NCBI RefSeq assembly: GCF_006345805.1
Contig: NC_043003.1
Location: forward strand, 115,506,001 to 115,570,000
Direction of reading: 5' to 3'
Length of the DNA stretch: 64,000 nt
Source: Octopus sinensis
Taxonomy: Eukaryota
In this document: one piece after another, positions 1 to 13,583 of the stretch
Position numbering within the stretch: position 1 is the first letter of the stretch
How the letters are laid out: each line of letters begins with the position of its first letter
Program-made: the position numbers and the translations under genes
Notes under the pieces: generated by a model
Databases searched by the model: none
Seen by the model: only the letters and a program-made list of their open reading frames with translations
Told to the model about the DNA's origin: nothing

Positions 1-371
1 CATTTCATCGAGCGTTACTCTCATAGGATTTCAATTTTCTTATATAATCACCTGCCATTATCTGGCCTAGCATAAACATTGTTAGACAGAACACACCAAG
101 GTACAAGGGTAAAGAATACAGCCATTTTGACCCCTGTATTTTCCAGTGCGAATGGAAAGAATTTCAGCTTTGAAAACCAACCCACATATCACAAGATATT
201 TCATTCGAAGTTTCATATATTCAAAAGATCTACCGGCATGGGGCTGCCCGAGGACTTACGTAGAATTTGATCTGAGAGTATAGAGACAAAGAATGGGGCA
301 TTACACCTGATGTTCAGTGAAATCAATTTATTCGTCTAATAAAATATTGAAAATTCTTATTTGACAAAATA

Positions 372-405
<34 letters not shown>

Positions 406-406
406 G

Positions 407-472
<66 letters not shown>

Positions 473-993
473 TGCGTGTCTGTGTGTGTGTGTATGTATA
501 TATGTATATGCATTCAAAATGTGACCACGTGTGTACGTATGCATGTGTGTATATATGTTTGCATGTTTATGTACATATGTGTGTGTATGCATATGTATAT
601 AAGTATGTGGTGCATCTGTATGTATGTATCCGATATATTCATGTGCTTGCATGTCCGTGTTTGTGTATTTTCTATGTATGTGTGTGTCAGCTTGCGTTTG
701 TTATATATATATATATATATATTTATGCAGCACGGAACTTTGTTACTGAACAAGTCGCGGTCTCAAATCTACGAAAATATTTTGGCAACTTAAATTTAAA
801 TGATGAAGTTAATTCAACAGTTTTTGTGTCTTTTAAATGGGCTTTAAAGAAATTCTACGCTGCATTCGTTTTCTTGCCATCACACTATCTCAGATAAGGT
901 CACTTGCTATGCAAGTACATTTCCGTAATACACTCACACGCACACACACACTACACACATTTTTTTTTTTTCTCTCTGTTTCTTTCTGTGTTC

Positions 994-1029
994 CTTTCTG
1001 TAAAAGAGCGTAGGCTCGAAACGTAAAAG
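994..1029 (+). ncRNA. Minimal type-I hammerhead-ribozyme-like motif, family A (variant 8-nt core)
   Basis: cttt-CTGTAAAA-GAGC(GTAG)GCTC-GAAA-CGT-A-aaag. Stem I cttt/aaag, stem II GAGC/GCTC, loop-less palindromic stem III (ACGT), cleavage triplet GUA. Lies in a ~150-bp dispersed repeat (965-1125) ending at (TA)n. Confidence 0.55.
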
Positions 1030-1123
1030 ACCTTTTCAATTACTGAGCGTTATACTAATACATTTATTTGTTTTCTACACCACCTGTCTTCGTCGTTTGT
1101 TTTGTTTTCGTGAATTCTCCCCC

Positions 1124-1157
<34 letters not shown>

Positions 1158-1160
1158 CAT

Positions 1161-1212
<52 letters not shown>

Positions 1213-1980
1213 ACACATATATATGTATATGTTTATATAACTGACTAAATCAACTTATGCGCTACATCTCCTGATATATAAATAAAGCCTACAAATGTCT
1301 CGATGCACAAATAACACGCTTTTTTCCCTCCGCAGAATTGAAGTCTTCTGCAACCAAAAACATTTTGTAGCTACGAAGCCCAACACATATTCTAACCTTC
1401 ACAAATTCTGGTAAGTTCTTACTGAGGCAGTATAGCTTTTTCAGACGAAAATGAAACAACTATTAGATAAAATGTCTAGGTACTTGTTGTTGCACCGAGT
1501 GCCAGATGAAATAATGCAAGGCATATGAAAGCACTCACAGAACAGGAATTCCAATATATCAAAGACGAAGTAGCAGACGCCAACAGAGAACAAATCGATA
1601 GTTGAAAGCAAAGAACAAGAATTTCACAACTCTGTATGCTTCTTATAAGCCTTTGATCGCTATTCGATTGTATTCTGATCATCTAATGATACACAATCTG
1701 CCCCATCACAGACCAACAGTTTCGGCCTTGTCTACTTCTGTATTCGTTCGTTTTGTGGCTTACGGAGATCAGAAGCGACCTAACATGAAAATGGAAACTG
1801 GTCACACATTTCTCGAACAGAAGCTGGCAGATTGATTATGTATTCCCCAAAAGACACCCGAAGATACAGACAGAAACACACATGCACAAAAAAACATTCA
1901 GATACACAAGCATACACACACACACACAAACATACACACACTCACACAAATATGCACACATACTCACACACATACTAACA

Positions 1981-2027
<47 letters not shown>

Positions 2028-2032
2028 AATAT

Positions 2033-2076
<44 letters not shown>

Positions 2077-2274
2077 TATACATATATATATATAATTAAT
2101 AAGGTAGAAATTGATATTAATCAATTAAAATCAGTAGCCTTGCAAATTTTTTAAATCTGAAGATTATAAATATATTTTACATACAAAATTTATATTTTGA
2201 CGTCTATATCTAGCATATAGGCTGTCCATTTTTTTAGTGCTCAGTCCTCTAAATTATAAATATATATATATAGT

Positions 2275-2681
2275 CTTTTACTCTTTTACTTGTTTCAGTC
2301 ATTTGACTGCGTCCATGCTGAGCACAGCCTTTAGTCAAGCAAATCGACCCCGGGACTTATTCTTTGTAAGCCCAGTACTTATTCTATCGGGCTCTTTTGC
2401 CGAACCGCTAGGTAACGGGGACGTAAACACACCAGCATCTGTTGTCAAGCAATGCTAGGGGGACAAACACAGACACACAAACACGCACACATACTTATAT
2501 ATATATATACATATATACGACAGGCTTCTTTCAGTTTCCGTCTACCAAATCCATTCACAAGGCATTGGTCGGCCCGGGGCTATAGCAGAAGACACTTACC
2601 CAAGATGCCACGCAGTGGAACTGAACACGGAACCATGTGGTTGGTAAGCAAGCTACTAACCACACAGCCACTCCTGCGCCT
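2275..2681 (-). mobile_element. tRNA-derived SINE family A, full length
   Basis: On the minus strand: head with A-box-like TGGCTGTGTGG and B-box-like GTTCAGTTCC, conserved body, internal (CA)/(TA) tract and (GAGTAAAA)n tail. High similarity to about 13 other copies in the window. Confidence 0.9.
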
Positions 2682-2736
<55 letters not shown>

Positions 2737-2791
2737 TATATATAAAGAGAGAGAGAGAGAGTGAGAGAGAGAGAGATGGATATATATATAT

Positions 2792-2890
<99 letters not shown>

Positions 2891-2935
2891 ATAGAGATAG
2901 ATAGATAGATAGATAGATAGACAGATGGATAGATG
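2680..2935. repeat. Compound (TA)n/(GA)n/(GATA)n microsatellite
   Basis: Directly visible. It explains the YLSI/IYLS ORFs. Confidence 0.95.
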
Positions 2936-3483
2936 TGTAGGTGTGGGTGGGCACATATCAAAGGACTGGTCTGCTGGATCATCTGCTTTCCTAAAATTTT
3001 CGTTGCGTCTTGCAACCTTTTCAATTGTCTTGACTCTGTCCGTGATTTAAACTGCGTTCCCTTTTTTTTTGTTTGTGCGCATGTGTAGGTCAATGCGTGT
3101 GTGTATGTGTGTGTGCCTATGCATGCATGCATGTACGTATGCATGTGTGTATATATGTTTGCATGTTTATGTATGTATATATGTGTGTATGCATATGTAT
3201 ATAAGTATGTGTGTGCATCTGTATGTATGTATCCTGCATATTCATGTGCTTGCATGTACATGATTGTGTATGTTCTATGTATGTGTGTGTCAGCTTGCGT
3301 TTGTATATGTGTGCACCTCTGTCTCCTTGTGTGTGCATGTGTGTGTGTGTTATGCAACTATGTACCATGTTTGTATGTATGCATGTGCATCTCTATATGT
3401 GTGCATCCGTGTCTCCATATGTGTCCGTTTGTGGAGTAATGTATGTGTATATATGGTCGTGTGTCTGTCTTTGTCGTCGCTGC

Positions 3484-3612
3484 CACCACTGCTTGACAGC
3501 CGATAAAATACTAGGCTTACAAAGAAAAAGACCTGGGGTCGATAGGTTCGACTAAAGGCAGTGCTTTAGCATGGCCGCAGTCAGATGACTGAAGCAAGTA
3601 AAACAATAAAGG
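3484..3612 (+). mobile_element. SINE family A, 3' fragment
   Basis: Matches the 3' half of the family (ggcttacaaaga...gcatggccgcagtca...aagtaaaa). Confidence 0.75.
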
Positions 3613-3674
3613 AATATATATATATATATATATATATGTATATCAATGTTAATTTTTATGTTCAGTTTTAACCA

Positions 3675-4110
3675 GCGTCACGAAAATACATGAGCTGATA
3701 ACAGAAGACTGTCACTGAGCAGTTGATGAAATTTCTTCACATGACTGGTGTGTCCTAGAGCTTCTGGCAGCAAGTTTTGGACGATGAAATGTGCATGAAA
3801 AGAATTCCAGCAAAATTTGTGCCTCGTTTGCTCACGGGAGATCAAAAGAATGACGACTGAACGCGTGCCGTGAAGCGAAAGAAGAGTTGAAAATTTACCC
3901 GCCCTCTCCATTCGCCCGATCTAGCTTCCTGTTACTTGTTTGTTTGTTTCACCGAATGAAAAAAAGGTCCTTCCAGGAAAACGTTTTGCGTATACGGAAG
4001 AGGTGAGGAGAAAAAACGACAGAGGTATTAAAAGACATCACTTCGCAAGAATGTCCATTACTACTTCGAAAAGTGGAAGCGCGTCTGGACTGATGCACTG
4101 TGAAGTCGGT
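3675..4110 (+). mobile_element. Degenerate, internally deleted mariner transposase fragment
   Basis: Across frames: MKRIPAKFVPRLLTGDQK (WVPRLL-like motif), a YSPDLAP-like segment (tcgcccgatctagcttcc) and MKKVLPGKRF..EEV. Has stops and frameshifts; same family as 61476-61868. Confidence 0.8.
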
Positions 4111-4353
4111 AAGTATGTATGTACGTATGTGTGTATGTATGTATGTATGTATGTATGCATGTATATATGTATGTATATATATATATAATTATATATATTT
4201 TATATATATATAACATATACAAATATATATATATATAATATATATTTAATATATATATATATAATATATATATATGTGTATATATATATTTAATAATAAT
4301 ATATATATATATAATATATATATATTTAATATATTATATTATAATAATATATA

Positions 4354-4386
<33 letters not shown>

Positions 4387-5060
4387 ATTGCGCGATGGGA
4401 GACATATTATCGTTATCAATATTTGTAATGTATGTGTTGATTTTAAGAATTAGGTCTCCATGGTAACATGTGGTGGACAGAAATTTGAACCACTAAATAC
4501 AACAAAAGAAAAGCTTAAAACTCAGTGAGGAATAGCTAAAAAAAAAAGCATAAAATAGAATATACCGTATCAACAAGTCACATCGTAAAGCAGTAGGTGA
4601 CGTGCGTCTCCGGCAATGTAGACGGAAAAATTAAGACGTCACAAGCAATAAAATATTTTTCGCACCAACATGACTATCAATTGTCGAGATCTAGCCAAAC
4701 ATTGCGGGCGGAGTTTCTCGGAACGATTTGCTTATCTTATTCGGTACAGAATTTGGTAACTGATACAAAGCATTTGTATTATTTGTTTAGGAAACATGCA
4801 TAGATACAAGTAAACACACACCCACACACATACGCTTATGGGTGTACGCATGTGTGCGCATATGTATATTTGAGAATGTATGTATGTTTAGATATGTGTA
4901 TATATTTAAGTATTTGTGTATGCAATGTATGTATATGTGTATATTTTACATATACATGTATATGCATGCATATCTATATACATATATACACATGATATGT
5001 CCGCATATATATATATATTAATACATGCATACATACATACATACATACATATGTATATAT

Positions 5061-5124
<64 letters not shown>

Positions 5125-5169
5125 ATATATATATATATATTGTCTAATATATATGGCTAGTAGTATATC

Positions 5170-6010
5170 TTCTCCCCCCTAATGACGATGTATTCCATCG
5201 TAACTGCCTCGCTGGTTATAGGTGAGGCGGCAAAGAAGTCCACTGGTTCGTTCAACCAGGATCAGTGATGTAAAGACACTTTTGAACTGGTCATTCAGCA
5301 CCTCACTGATCCTGGTTGGAGTATCTGTGAGGGCGCCGTCTTTGTGGAAGAGGGGTCCTATCTTGCAGCATACCGATTTAAACCTTCGGGTTTGACTTAA
5401 TGTTTTTTTTTATAACCCAGGCTTCTTTGTCTGCTCTTTCCCTCATATATGATTGTTACAGGTCTTTTTCAATCTCCATCAGGGTTATTTTTAGGTGGGA
5501 CCTGTCGCTACTTTGGGGATGTTTGTTGAGGCCATTTGCAACCTTCGTCCTTCGTCTCATAAGGATCTTCCTCTCTCTTGGAATCTTGTTCCTATTTGTG
5601 GCGGCCTTGTGCTCTGGAACATATTTCTGTCATATGCTTTGCACAACAGACAGGAAATATTCTAGCTTCATGTCAATGTCTGCTGTGGAGAGACATTTCG
5701 GATAGTGTTGTCTGCACATCTCTTTTTGGATCGATTTCCAGTCTGCTTTGTGGAAGTTCAGATTGGAGAGATTTCGGGTGCTTCCTTTAGGGTGTATATC
5801 TCTGGCTACTTTCGGCCCAAACATACACAGATCCATTATGTAGTGATCCGAGAAAATGTCGGCGTCACTTTCACATCATGAATGATGTTTATATTGTTCG
5901 TGAAGCTGAGATCCCAAATGTTTCGCCCTAGTTGGTCTGAGTACAGCTTGCTCCATGAATAGGGCATTGGTGAGGTTGAGCAGGATTCTACCTGTGCTTG
6001 TTTGCAATGA
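5170..6010 (-). mobile_element. CR1-clade LINE ORF2 fragment (APE C-terminus and tether)
   Basis: GRNIWDLSFTNN (APE end), LNFHKADWKSI, and KIGPLFHKDGALTDTPTRISEVLNDQFKSVFT, all typical of CR1-group ORF2. Interrupted by stops. Confidence 0.8.
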
Positions 6011-6014
6011 GTCA

Positions 6015-6074
<60 letters not shown>

Positions 6075-6277
6075 ATATATATATCATATTATATTATATA
6101 CATAACAGACCAAACATGTATATTATTAAGAACTACGAGTTCTTTGTTTCTTCTAATTGAAAAACTTTACAGTAGCTGAGACATTATGATGAGAATCGAA
6201 TTAATCATATTTCATGTTGTCGAGATACTCGAATGCAAATATCCCATCCTTTTCTTATTGTATATATATATATATAG

Positions 6278-6314
<37 letters not shown>

Positions 6315-6401
6315 ATAATATATATATATATATACATATATATATTTATCGACACACATACTTTCGTACATGCTTATAGAAATATTATACAGACATATTT
6401 G

Positions 6402-6493
<92 letters not shown>

Positions 6494-7020
6494 ATATATA
6501 ATATATATATATATATAGGAATGTATACAGATTTAATTATGTATGTACGTTCTTATGTATGTATGTGTATGCATATATGTTTGTTATTTAACTCATTTCA
6601 ATCACTTCATTTAGAGCCCGCAGGCAATTACTGTACCTCAATCACCAAACAAATTGCTGAGGGGTAAATACATATATAACATTATGTTTCATTCAATCTT
6701 TTCGCGTTTAATTTATTCTGCCTAAGAAACATACTCTGATATGTATGCATGTGTCCTTTTTTAATTCATGTATGCTTATATTTGTGCGCGCGTGACCGCG
6801 CATGTTTGTATTCCAATGCGAGCGTGTGTATCCACAACAAAGAAGTAGCCGGTGGTGAGAAATTTTATAAAACAGGCGAATTAGTGTATCATGAATAAAA
6901 AACATAACAAATGCTTAACTATAATATCGAGTATTCTATATATATACACACATAAGCATGTATATATATATACATACATACATATATATATAACACACAA
7001 GCATGTATATATATACATAC

Positions 7021-7126
<106 letters not shown>

Positions 7127-7329
7127 GTATATATGTATGTATGTATGTTATTTATTTGATTAATTTTTCGTGAAGATATTTGATTACATTACTTCATAAT
7201 TTTAATTAGAATTTTTTCAGCGGTTTTTCAAAGCTAATGAATTGTTTTGGCGGAGAATAAAGTAATTACTTTCAAGGAATCACTCACACAAAAAACAGTA
7301 TATAACTATCATCATCGTCATCGTCATCA

Positions 7330-7383
7330 TCACCATCTTCATTATTACTATTATTATTATTATTATTACTAGTATTAATATTA

Positions 7384-7415
<32 letters not shown>

Positions 7416-7470
7416 GTTATTGTTATTGTTATCATTATTATATTATTAATATTATTATTATTATTATTAA

Positions 7471-7521
<51 letters not shown>

Positions 7522-7532
7522 TATTATTATTG
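7330..7532. repeat. (TTA)n microsatellite
   Basis: Directly visible. Confidence 0.95.
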
Positions 7533-8262
7533 AAGAATCGATGTCTTGTTTTGTTTTCATTTAATATATCACGCTTTCATATTTACATAATGATTATATT
7601 TATTTATTTATTCATTTATTTACTTATTCATTCATTTATTTATGGCTTTACTATTTATGTCCCTTTTATATATATTTCCCGGACGGTCTATATTCATCAC
7701 TCATCATTCTTTCGGACATGAACATTAAGAAATATCAAGGATGTCATTTATTTGTTTCAATCCGACATTTTCTATTGTCTGATTAAGTAAAGCAATATAT
7801 CACTCAACAAGAACACCCACAGACAAACACATACAGCACACAAACCACATACAAGTATTCACACACATACGCATATGTGTGTGAATGTTATGCGCGCGCG
7901 CGCGTGTAGGTGTTGTTATGTGTGTCTGTGTTGGGTGTCTTTGTGTACATATGTTTGTGCTTAGATTTCATTATTCATTATGTTTAATAATGAAAGTGTC
8001 TAAGATAGAATATATTTCGCTATCAGTATTTGTGAACTGTGGACATCCATGATATGTGGAGCAACGGACATTCCAGGAGTTACACGCACTGACATATTTA
8101 TTCGGAAAATTTATACACCTCCATTGGACCGTACTTATGTATGTCTCTGTGTACATATGAATATATAACTATCTCTCTCTCTCAATATATATATATATGA
8201 ACTATATATATATATATATATATATATAGTTTAGAGATTTATTATTGCTTGCATACAGTTTC

Positions 8263-8306
<44 letters not shown>

Positions 8307-8410
8307 ATATTCATATATATATATATATATATACACCGGAGTAAACACATAGATGTGAAAAACAAGGTGGACAAAAGAGTACTCAAATACCAGAGGTAGA
8401 GTAATATGCC

Positions 8411-8472
8411 TTATTTAAAACCACCAGAAATTTAACAAAAGCTTTTGTTAAATTTCTGCTGCTGTTAAATAA
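8411..8472. repeat. Palindrome: perfect 34-bp core (8425-8458) with imperfect extension
   Basis: cagaaatttaacaaaag|cttttgttaaatttctg is self-complementary. The flanks ttatttaa/ttaaataa extend it. Confidence 0.9.
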
Positions 8473-8490
8473 AGTATATATATATATATC

Positions 8491-8536
<46 letters not shown>

Positions 8537-9279
8537 TACGTACGTTTGTGTGTTTGCACGTATGATGCGCGCATATGAACATGTGTATGTGTAATAAACA
8601 GACGCAATTTTAGCAGAGGCGGTGGAATATCCGCGTGCCGAAAATACGCCTGTGTTGCTCTGGCGGTCCGTAGAAATGAAAGACACTCAACTAACAAAGT
8701 TGCTGTTTCATACTCTTATAAAGAGAACGTCATCATGCGAAATCTGTAAAGTATCATCTCGTCGAGTGTAATTGGAATTGTTGGCAGACAACTTCTATAA
8801 ATGGAGATGGATAATCTATAATGAAACCAACAATCTGATGCTGCAATCAAATATCTGAACGATATCTGCTCCACAGCGGTTGTATAAGCTGTAGAGACCA
8901 CTTGGCCCTCAGATAATTGCTGTTGCTGACACCAGTTTTATGAAATGTTCTCATCGTACAGAGTCATCCCTCAGCCAAATCTGCAGCCCCCAACGCAGTA
9001 TCACTCATAATCCTGCATGTATATTTCTATATCCGGGGACGTACTTGATAAGACGGTTATAAACTACTATACGCAGTCGTAACTAAATTACTCGCAGACT
9101 ATTTTTCTTAATACATTCTTTGAGCATCACCTCTAAATTTTCAATTCCATAATAAATTTTACTCTCAATTGGTTGTTCATTGCACTTGCGCTGATCAGAG
9201 AAAAAACTCTGCCGCTTAAAACTTCTTGAGATGATAACTTAAATACAATTTGTTTTTTGCTAAATGGTTAAGTAACCAT

Positions 9280-9605
9280 TTGTGGAAGAGGGTTCCTATC
9301 TTGCAGCATACTGACTTAAACCTTCGTATTTGACTTAATGTTTTTTTTTTTATAACCCAGGCTTCTTTGTCTGCTCTTTCCCTCATATATCATTGTTACA
9401 GGCCTTTTTCAATCTCCATCAGGGTTATTTTTAGGCGGGACCTTTCGCTACTTTGGGGATGTTTGTTGAGGCCATCTTCCTCTCTCTTGGAATCTTGTTC
9501 CTATTTGTTGTAGCCTTGTGCTCTGGAACATATTTCTGGCATATGCTTTCCACAACAGACATGAAATATTCTAGTTTCATGTCAATGACTGGTGTGGAGA
9601 CTGGT
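9280..9605 (-). mobile_element. Second CR1 fragment, homologous to about 5335-5700
   Basis: Near-identical text (gtggaagaggg..cctatcttgcagcatac...ctctggaacatatttctg), with one internal deletion. Confidence 0.85.
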
Positions 9606-10394
9606 TCGGAACACGAATATTAGCACATGGTTAAAAAGCGCACGAACTTTTATCTAAAGTTATATGCACACTTGGTAAAAATATCTATGAATTTATGACC
9701 GACATTTGAATTATTTTGAATATTTCGGAGAAATCTCCAAACATATTTTCCTCGATTTATTAAGGACTCAGTAAATATAAATTCGTTAGCGGTCCCGAAA
9801 TAGTGATAGATATATCCCAGCGTAAGTTATAAAATTATACATCTGTTGGCAAAGTGAAATATAGTTGCTTATAGTATGTCTCTGACGGTTTGCCATTCCC
9901 TTGCAAAAAAAAAAACATTCCTATATTATTTTCGTGTTTCAGTACTTATAATGGATGCTTAATATTAATTTCATATTTCTAAAATGTTTGTCGGGCAAAG
10001 ATCAGACTTCAATAAGATGTGTATCTTACAAAATACTTTCTTTAGTTTCATACTATTTTTAGACAACATAATAGTGAAACTGTTTCCTACATTGTTTATT
10101 GGCACATATTTGATGTCTCAATTAAGAAGTGCCAATATTCATGATCTCACACAATATTTACTATAGATGAGAATGTGAAATGTTATTCAATGTTCTCATT
10201 ACTTTTCGTATTGGATGGCCCTGCCAATCCTACTTGAATGCCAGGATACATGACATTTCTGTTATATCTTTCAACTGTAAACTCAAAAATTCATACCGGT
10301 CAGTCACAGGTGAGCTGCAAGATGCAGGAGGAAAGAGTGAGAGAAAGTGGTGGCGAAAAAGTCAGCAGAAGTTCGCCATTACCTTCTGCCGGAG

Positions 10395-10490
10395 CCGCGT
10401 GGAGCTTAGTGTTTTGCTCATAAACACACACATCACTCGGTCTGAGATTCGAACCCGCGATCCCTCGACCGCGAGTCCGCTACTCTAACT
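10395..10490 (-). mobile_element. tRNA-derived SINE family C, head fragment
   Basis: Minus strand agttagagtagcggactcgcggtcgagggatcgcgggttcgaatctcagacc carries the B box GGTTCGAATC. Related fragments lie at 41266-41385 (+) and 57957-58015 (-). Confidence 0.65.
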
Positions 10491-10934
10491 CTTTTTTTTA
10501 AGGTTCATTACTGAATTCTGTTACTATTTATATAATTTCATTAATTTTAGACATATATGCAAGAGATTGTGATAATATGGTACTAAATCTAATTGTATAT
10601 TTTTTCATACAACTTTGATTTTTGCAGAAAGGACGAAAAAATATTGTTTACTAATTGTTCGTTCTGACACAAACAACTATTAGCATTGTATTAAGTTCCA
10701 AACTTAGAGGGCCATCAACTGCAAAGGGGGTTGTACTTACGCTTTTCACTTTATAGAAATTAGCATTGTGTTATCTGATAGAGTACTACTTTTGGATACA
10801 AAGGGTAAGAGAATAACAAAGAAAGGGAAATGGTTTTATTACAGACAATAAATTAAGCAAATATAAACATTTGTCACGGAGCCATAAAAGAAGCCTTGCT
10901 TCAGTTTTGCTTATTATGGTTCCTACTCAAAAGG

Positions 10935-11430
10935 AAGAGACTCCACCATTGTCGGTGTCCAGTTTAATCGGAGGAGAATAAGAAGACCCGAATATCTCAT
11001 CCTGCGCACATCTACCCTTCGCTTCTTTCTTCACATTCCAACTGCTGTAAGCTTCCTTTATGCCGACTGGGCAGGGAACACCTTTACAGTTAGCCTCGAA
11101 AGGGAAAAGCCCTAACTGCCATCCCTTTTCCCTGTAGTCCTACAGAAGGACCTCGTATTTGGCAAGCTTTATTTGGTGGGTCTCGTCACATCTTTCTTCC
11201 TACGAGATTGTAACCTCAATAAAGATAATTGAATTCCTCCACTTCGGACGACTGGGTGATTTGTAGCTGCGCAGTTCCCATACATAGGTTTTTTGAAGTG
11301 CAGCTTGGGCGAACGCCTGGCGACCTTTTGAGGTATTAAACATCGCCTCTACGTTTCCCACATATTTCAACGAATACCAGGCATCAACAAAATCTGATCA
11401 CCTGATACTCACTGAATCTTGGGTTTCGTT
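10935..11430 (-). mobile_element. Degenerate RLE-type (HERO/R2-superfamily-like) non-LTR retrotransposon 3' region
   Basis: EICGKR (Zn knuckle), then IIFIEVT..EERCDETHQIKLAKYEVL..YREKGW..FPFEA.CKG, which resembles the HERO restriction-like endonuclease (IELTVPWEE..KY..GW..PVEVGCRG). Confidence 0.6.
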
Positions 11431-11682
11431 GATAGTCAAGGATAGTCAAGGTTTGCCTGTATTATGTAAATTGAAGGATATTTTTACGTATATACTTATC
11501 GAGGTTTATACCATATTATATTTTAGTACTCCATGGTAACTAAAGCCTCTGATTAAATCCTTAACAACATAACAACATAATAAAAATATGCCCGCATGTT
11601 ACTTCACACAAACACATTCTTGCTCGCACACACGCATACACTTGTGTGTTTAATACACACAGACACACACAGACACACACAA

Positions 11683-11720
<38 letters not shown>

Positions 11721-11916
11721 TGACTTAGTGATTGATAGATACATAGATACATAGAAAGAAAAATAGCTAGACAGATAAATAGATAGACAAGCATACACGT
11801 ATTTGTATTTACGTATATTTACACGTGTATGTATATGTGTGTGTGAGTTTACATGTGCATATGTATATATGTATATATATATATACATGCATATATATAT
11901 ATATATATACACACAA

Positions 11917-11978
<62 letters not shown>

Positions 11979-13189
11979 TTGCACACTCGCACATATAGAT
12001 AGATACCTAGCCACCTACTTAGATATATATAGAGAGAGAGGGAGAGAGAGAGGGAGAGAATACACAAACACACATCACCCATACAAAGATATGTGTAGAC
12101 ACTAATACACGCACATGTGTGTAGTATGCTTGTATCAGTTGTAGTTTTGAATTTTCTAAAGGAATTTTCGGAGATATTTGTTTAGTTTCCACGACAGAAA
12201 TATCATACTTCCTGTTGTGCATTCGTAATGCGGATTGTGCTTTATACAACAATGATATTTATTAGTTGAATTTAATAACAAAATTCAATTTGCTTCCGTA
12301 CAATTAATCTGTAAACTCGGTCTCTCACGTAGTTGGCATATTAATCACCTCGGAGTCAATATATTAAACAAAAGAACATCGTAAATATAATGGCAAAGAG
12401 TAAGGTAATTTATTATGAATTAAGATATGCAGCGTAACATCCACGTAGAATGTCTATATATGTAAAAGTAAAATAAATTTTTAAAAATAATAATCCATAA
12501 TAAAACAAAAGTATTTTTTCGATAATAATATTAAAATTTGAAAAATAACACTTTCATTGTTCACTTAAAGTAGCCACGCGTAGGATATAAAAATGTCATT
12601 TCAATGCGCTTTCAAAATGTGTGCGCATAAATGTTTAGAGAGAAAGTGTGGGAGAGGAAGAGAACGAGAGGGAGTGTGTGTATTTTGAAATTAATAGAAT
12701 ATATTATTTTCATATCTTCCCGATATTTTTTATAGGAACCTCGGTCAAACCTCAATATATATTTCCAGATTTATTTTTATATAAGAAAGTTTGCTAGCTC
12801 CACTATTTTTGTTATTTCTGGAAGAAATGACACCGTGTTTGCCCAATCACAATTTCCCTCATCGTTCCTTTTGGTGTCTTCAAATGAACGCAAACTCTGT
12901 TCGGAACACGAATAACCTTCCTTCCAATTTCTCCTGATATATTATTGTTTGTTTCCTTCCGTATGCTGTTTAACTAATGAGTGCTAATTTGCCGTTCGAA
13001 TTATTCGAATCCTCTTTCTTCCTGAATCAGAAATATAAGGATTTTATCATCCTAATGGCATTTAATCCACTTCCTTACTTAGAGGGGCCGATGAGAATTT
13101 CATGGGCTGAACCTAGCTAAAGGAAATTAGTAGCGAATTTGTCACGCCTTCCTTCTCATTAAACTGGTTTTATCTTTATTTATATTTAA

Positions 13190-13583
13190 CTAGCAGTATC
13201 GCCCGGCGTTGCTCGGGTTTGTAAGGGAAATAACTATAAAGCACTTTTTGAGAGTTATAGCCAAAAAATAGCAAAAAATGCATTAAAAATGGAAAAAATA
13301 TGATGGTAAATTTGTTTTTAAATCGTTGACTCATCGTAGACATTTTTATAGAGTTACTTCCCTTATATTAAAAAAAATATGCATTAAATGGAAAAAGAAT
13401 GATGGTAAATTATTTTTAAAATCGTAGACTCATCGTAGACGCGCGCTAATACCCAGAAGGGCTCGATATGAATCACGACTATAAGATAACCGGTTTTGGT
13501 TAAACTGCACCGCAAAATGTGGGAGTAGTTAGGAATCTAAATCGGAGTAGACAAACACACAACCTTAGTTTTATATATAAAGA
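13190..13583 (-). mobile_element. Non-autonomous Helitron-like element
   Basis: On the minus strand it starts A|TC and ends CTAG|T, with the subterminal hairpin cccgagcaacgccggg. Homologous to 28284-28676 and 38721-39093. Confidence 0.85.

Noticed and set aside
1461-1840. Coding-like stretch (ALTEQEFQYIKDEVADANREQID)
   Set aside because: Short, bounded by stops and with no family recognised. It may be a decayed element, but I cannot support a call.
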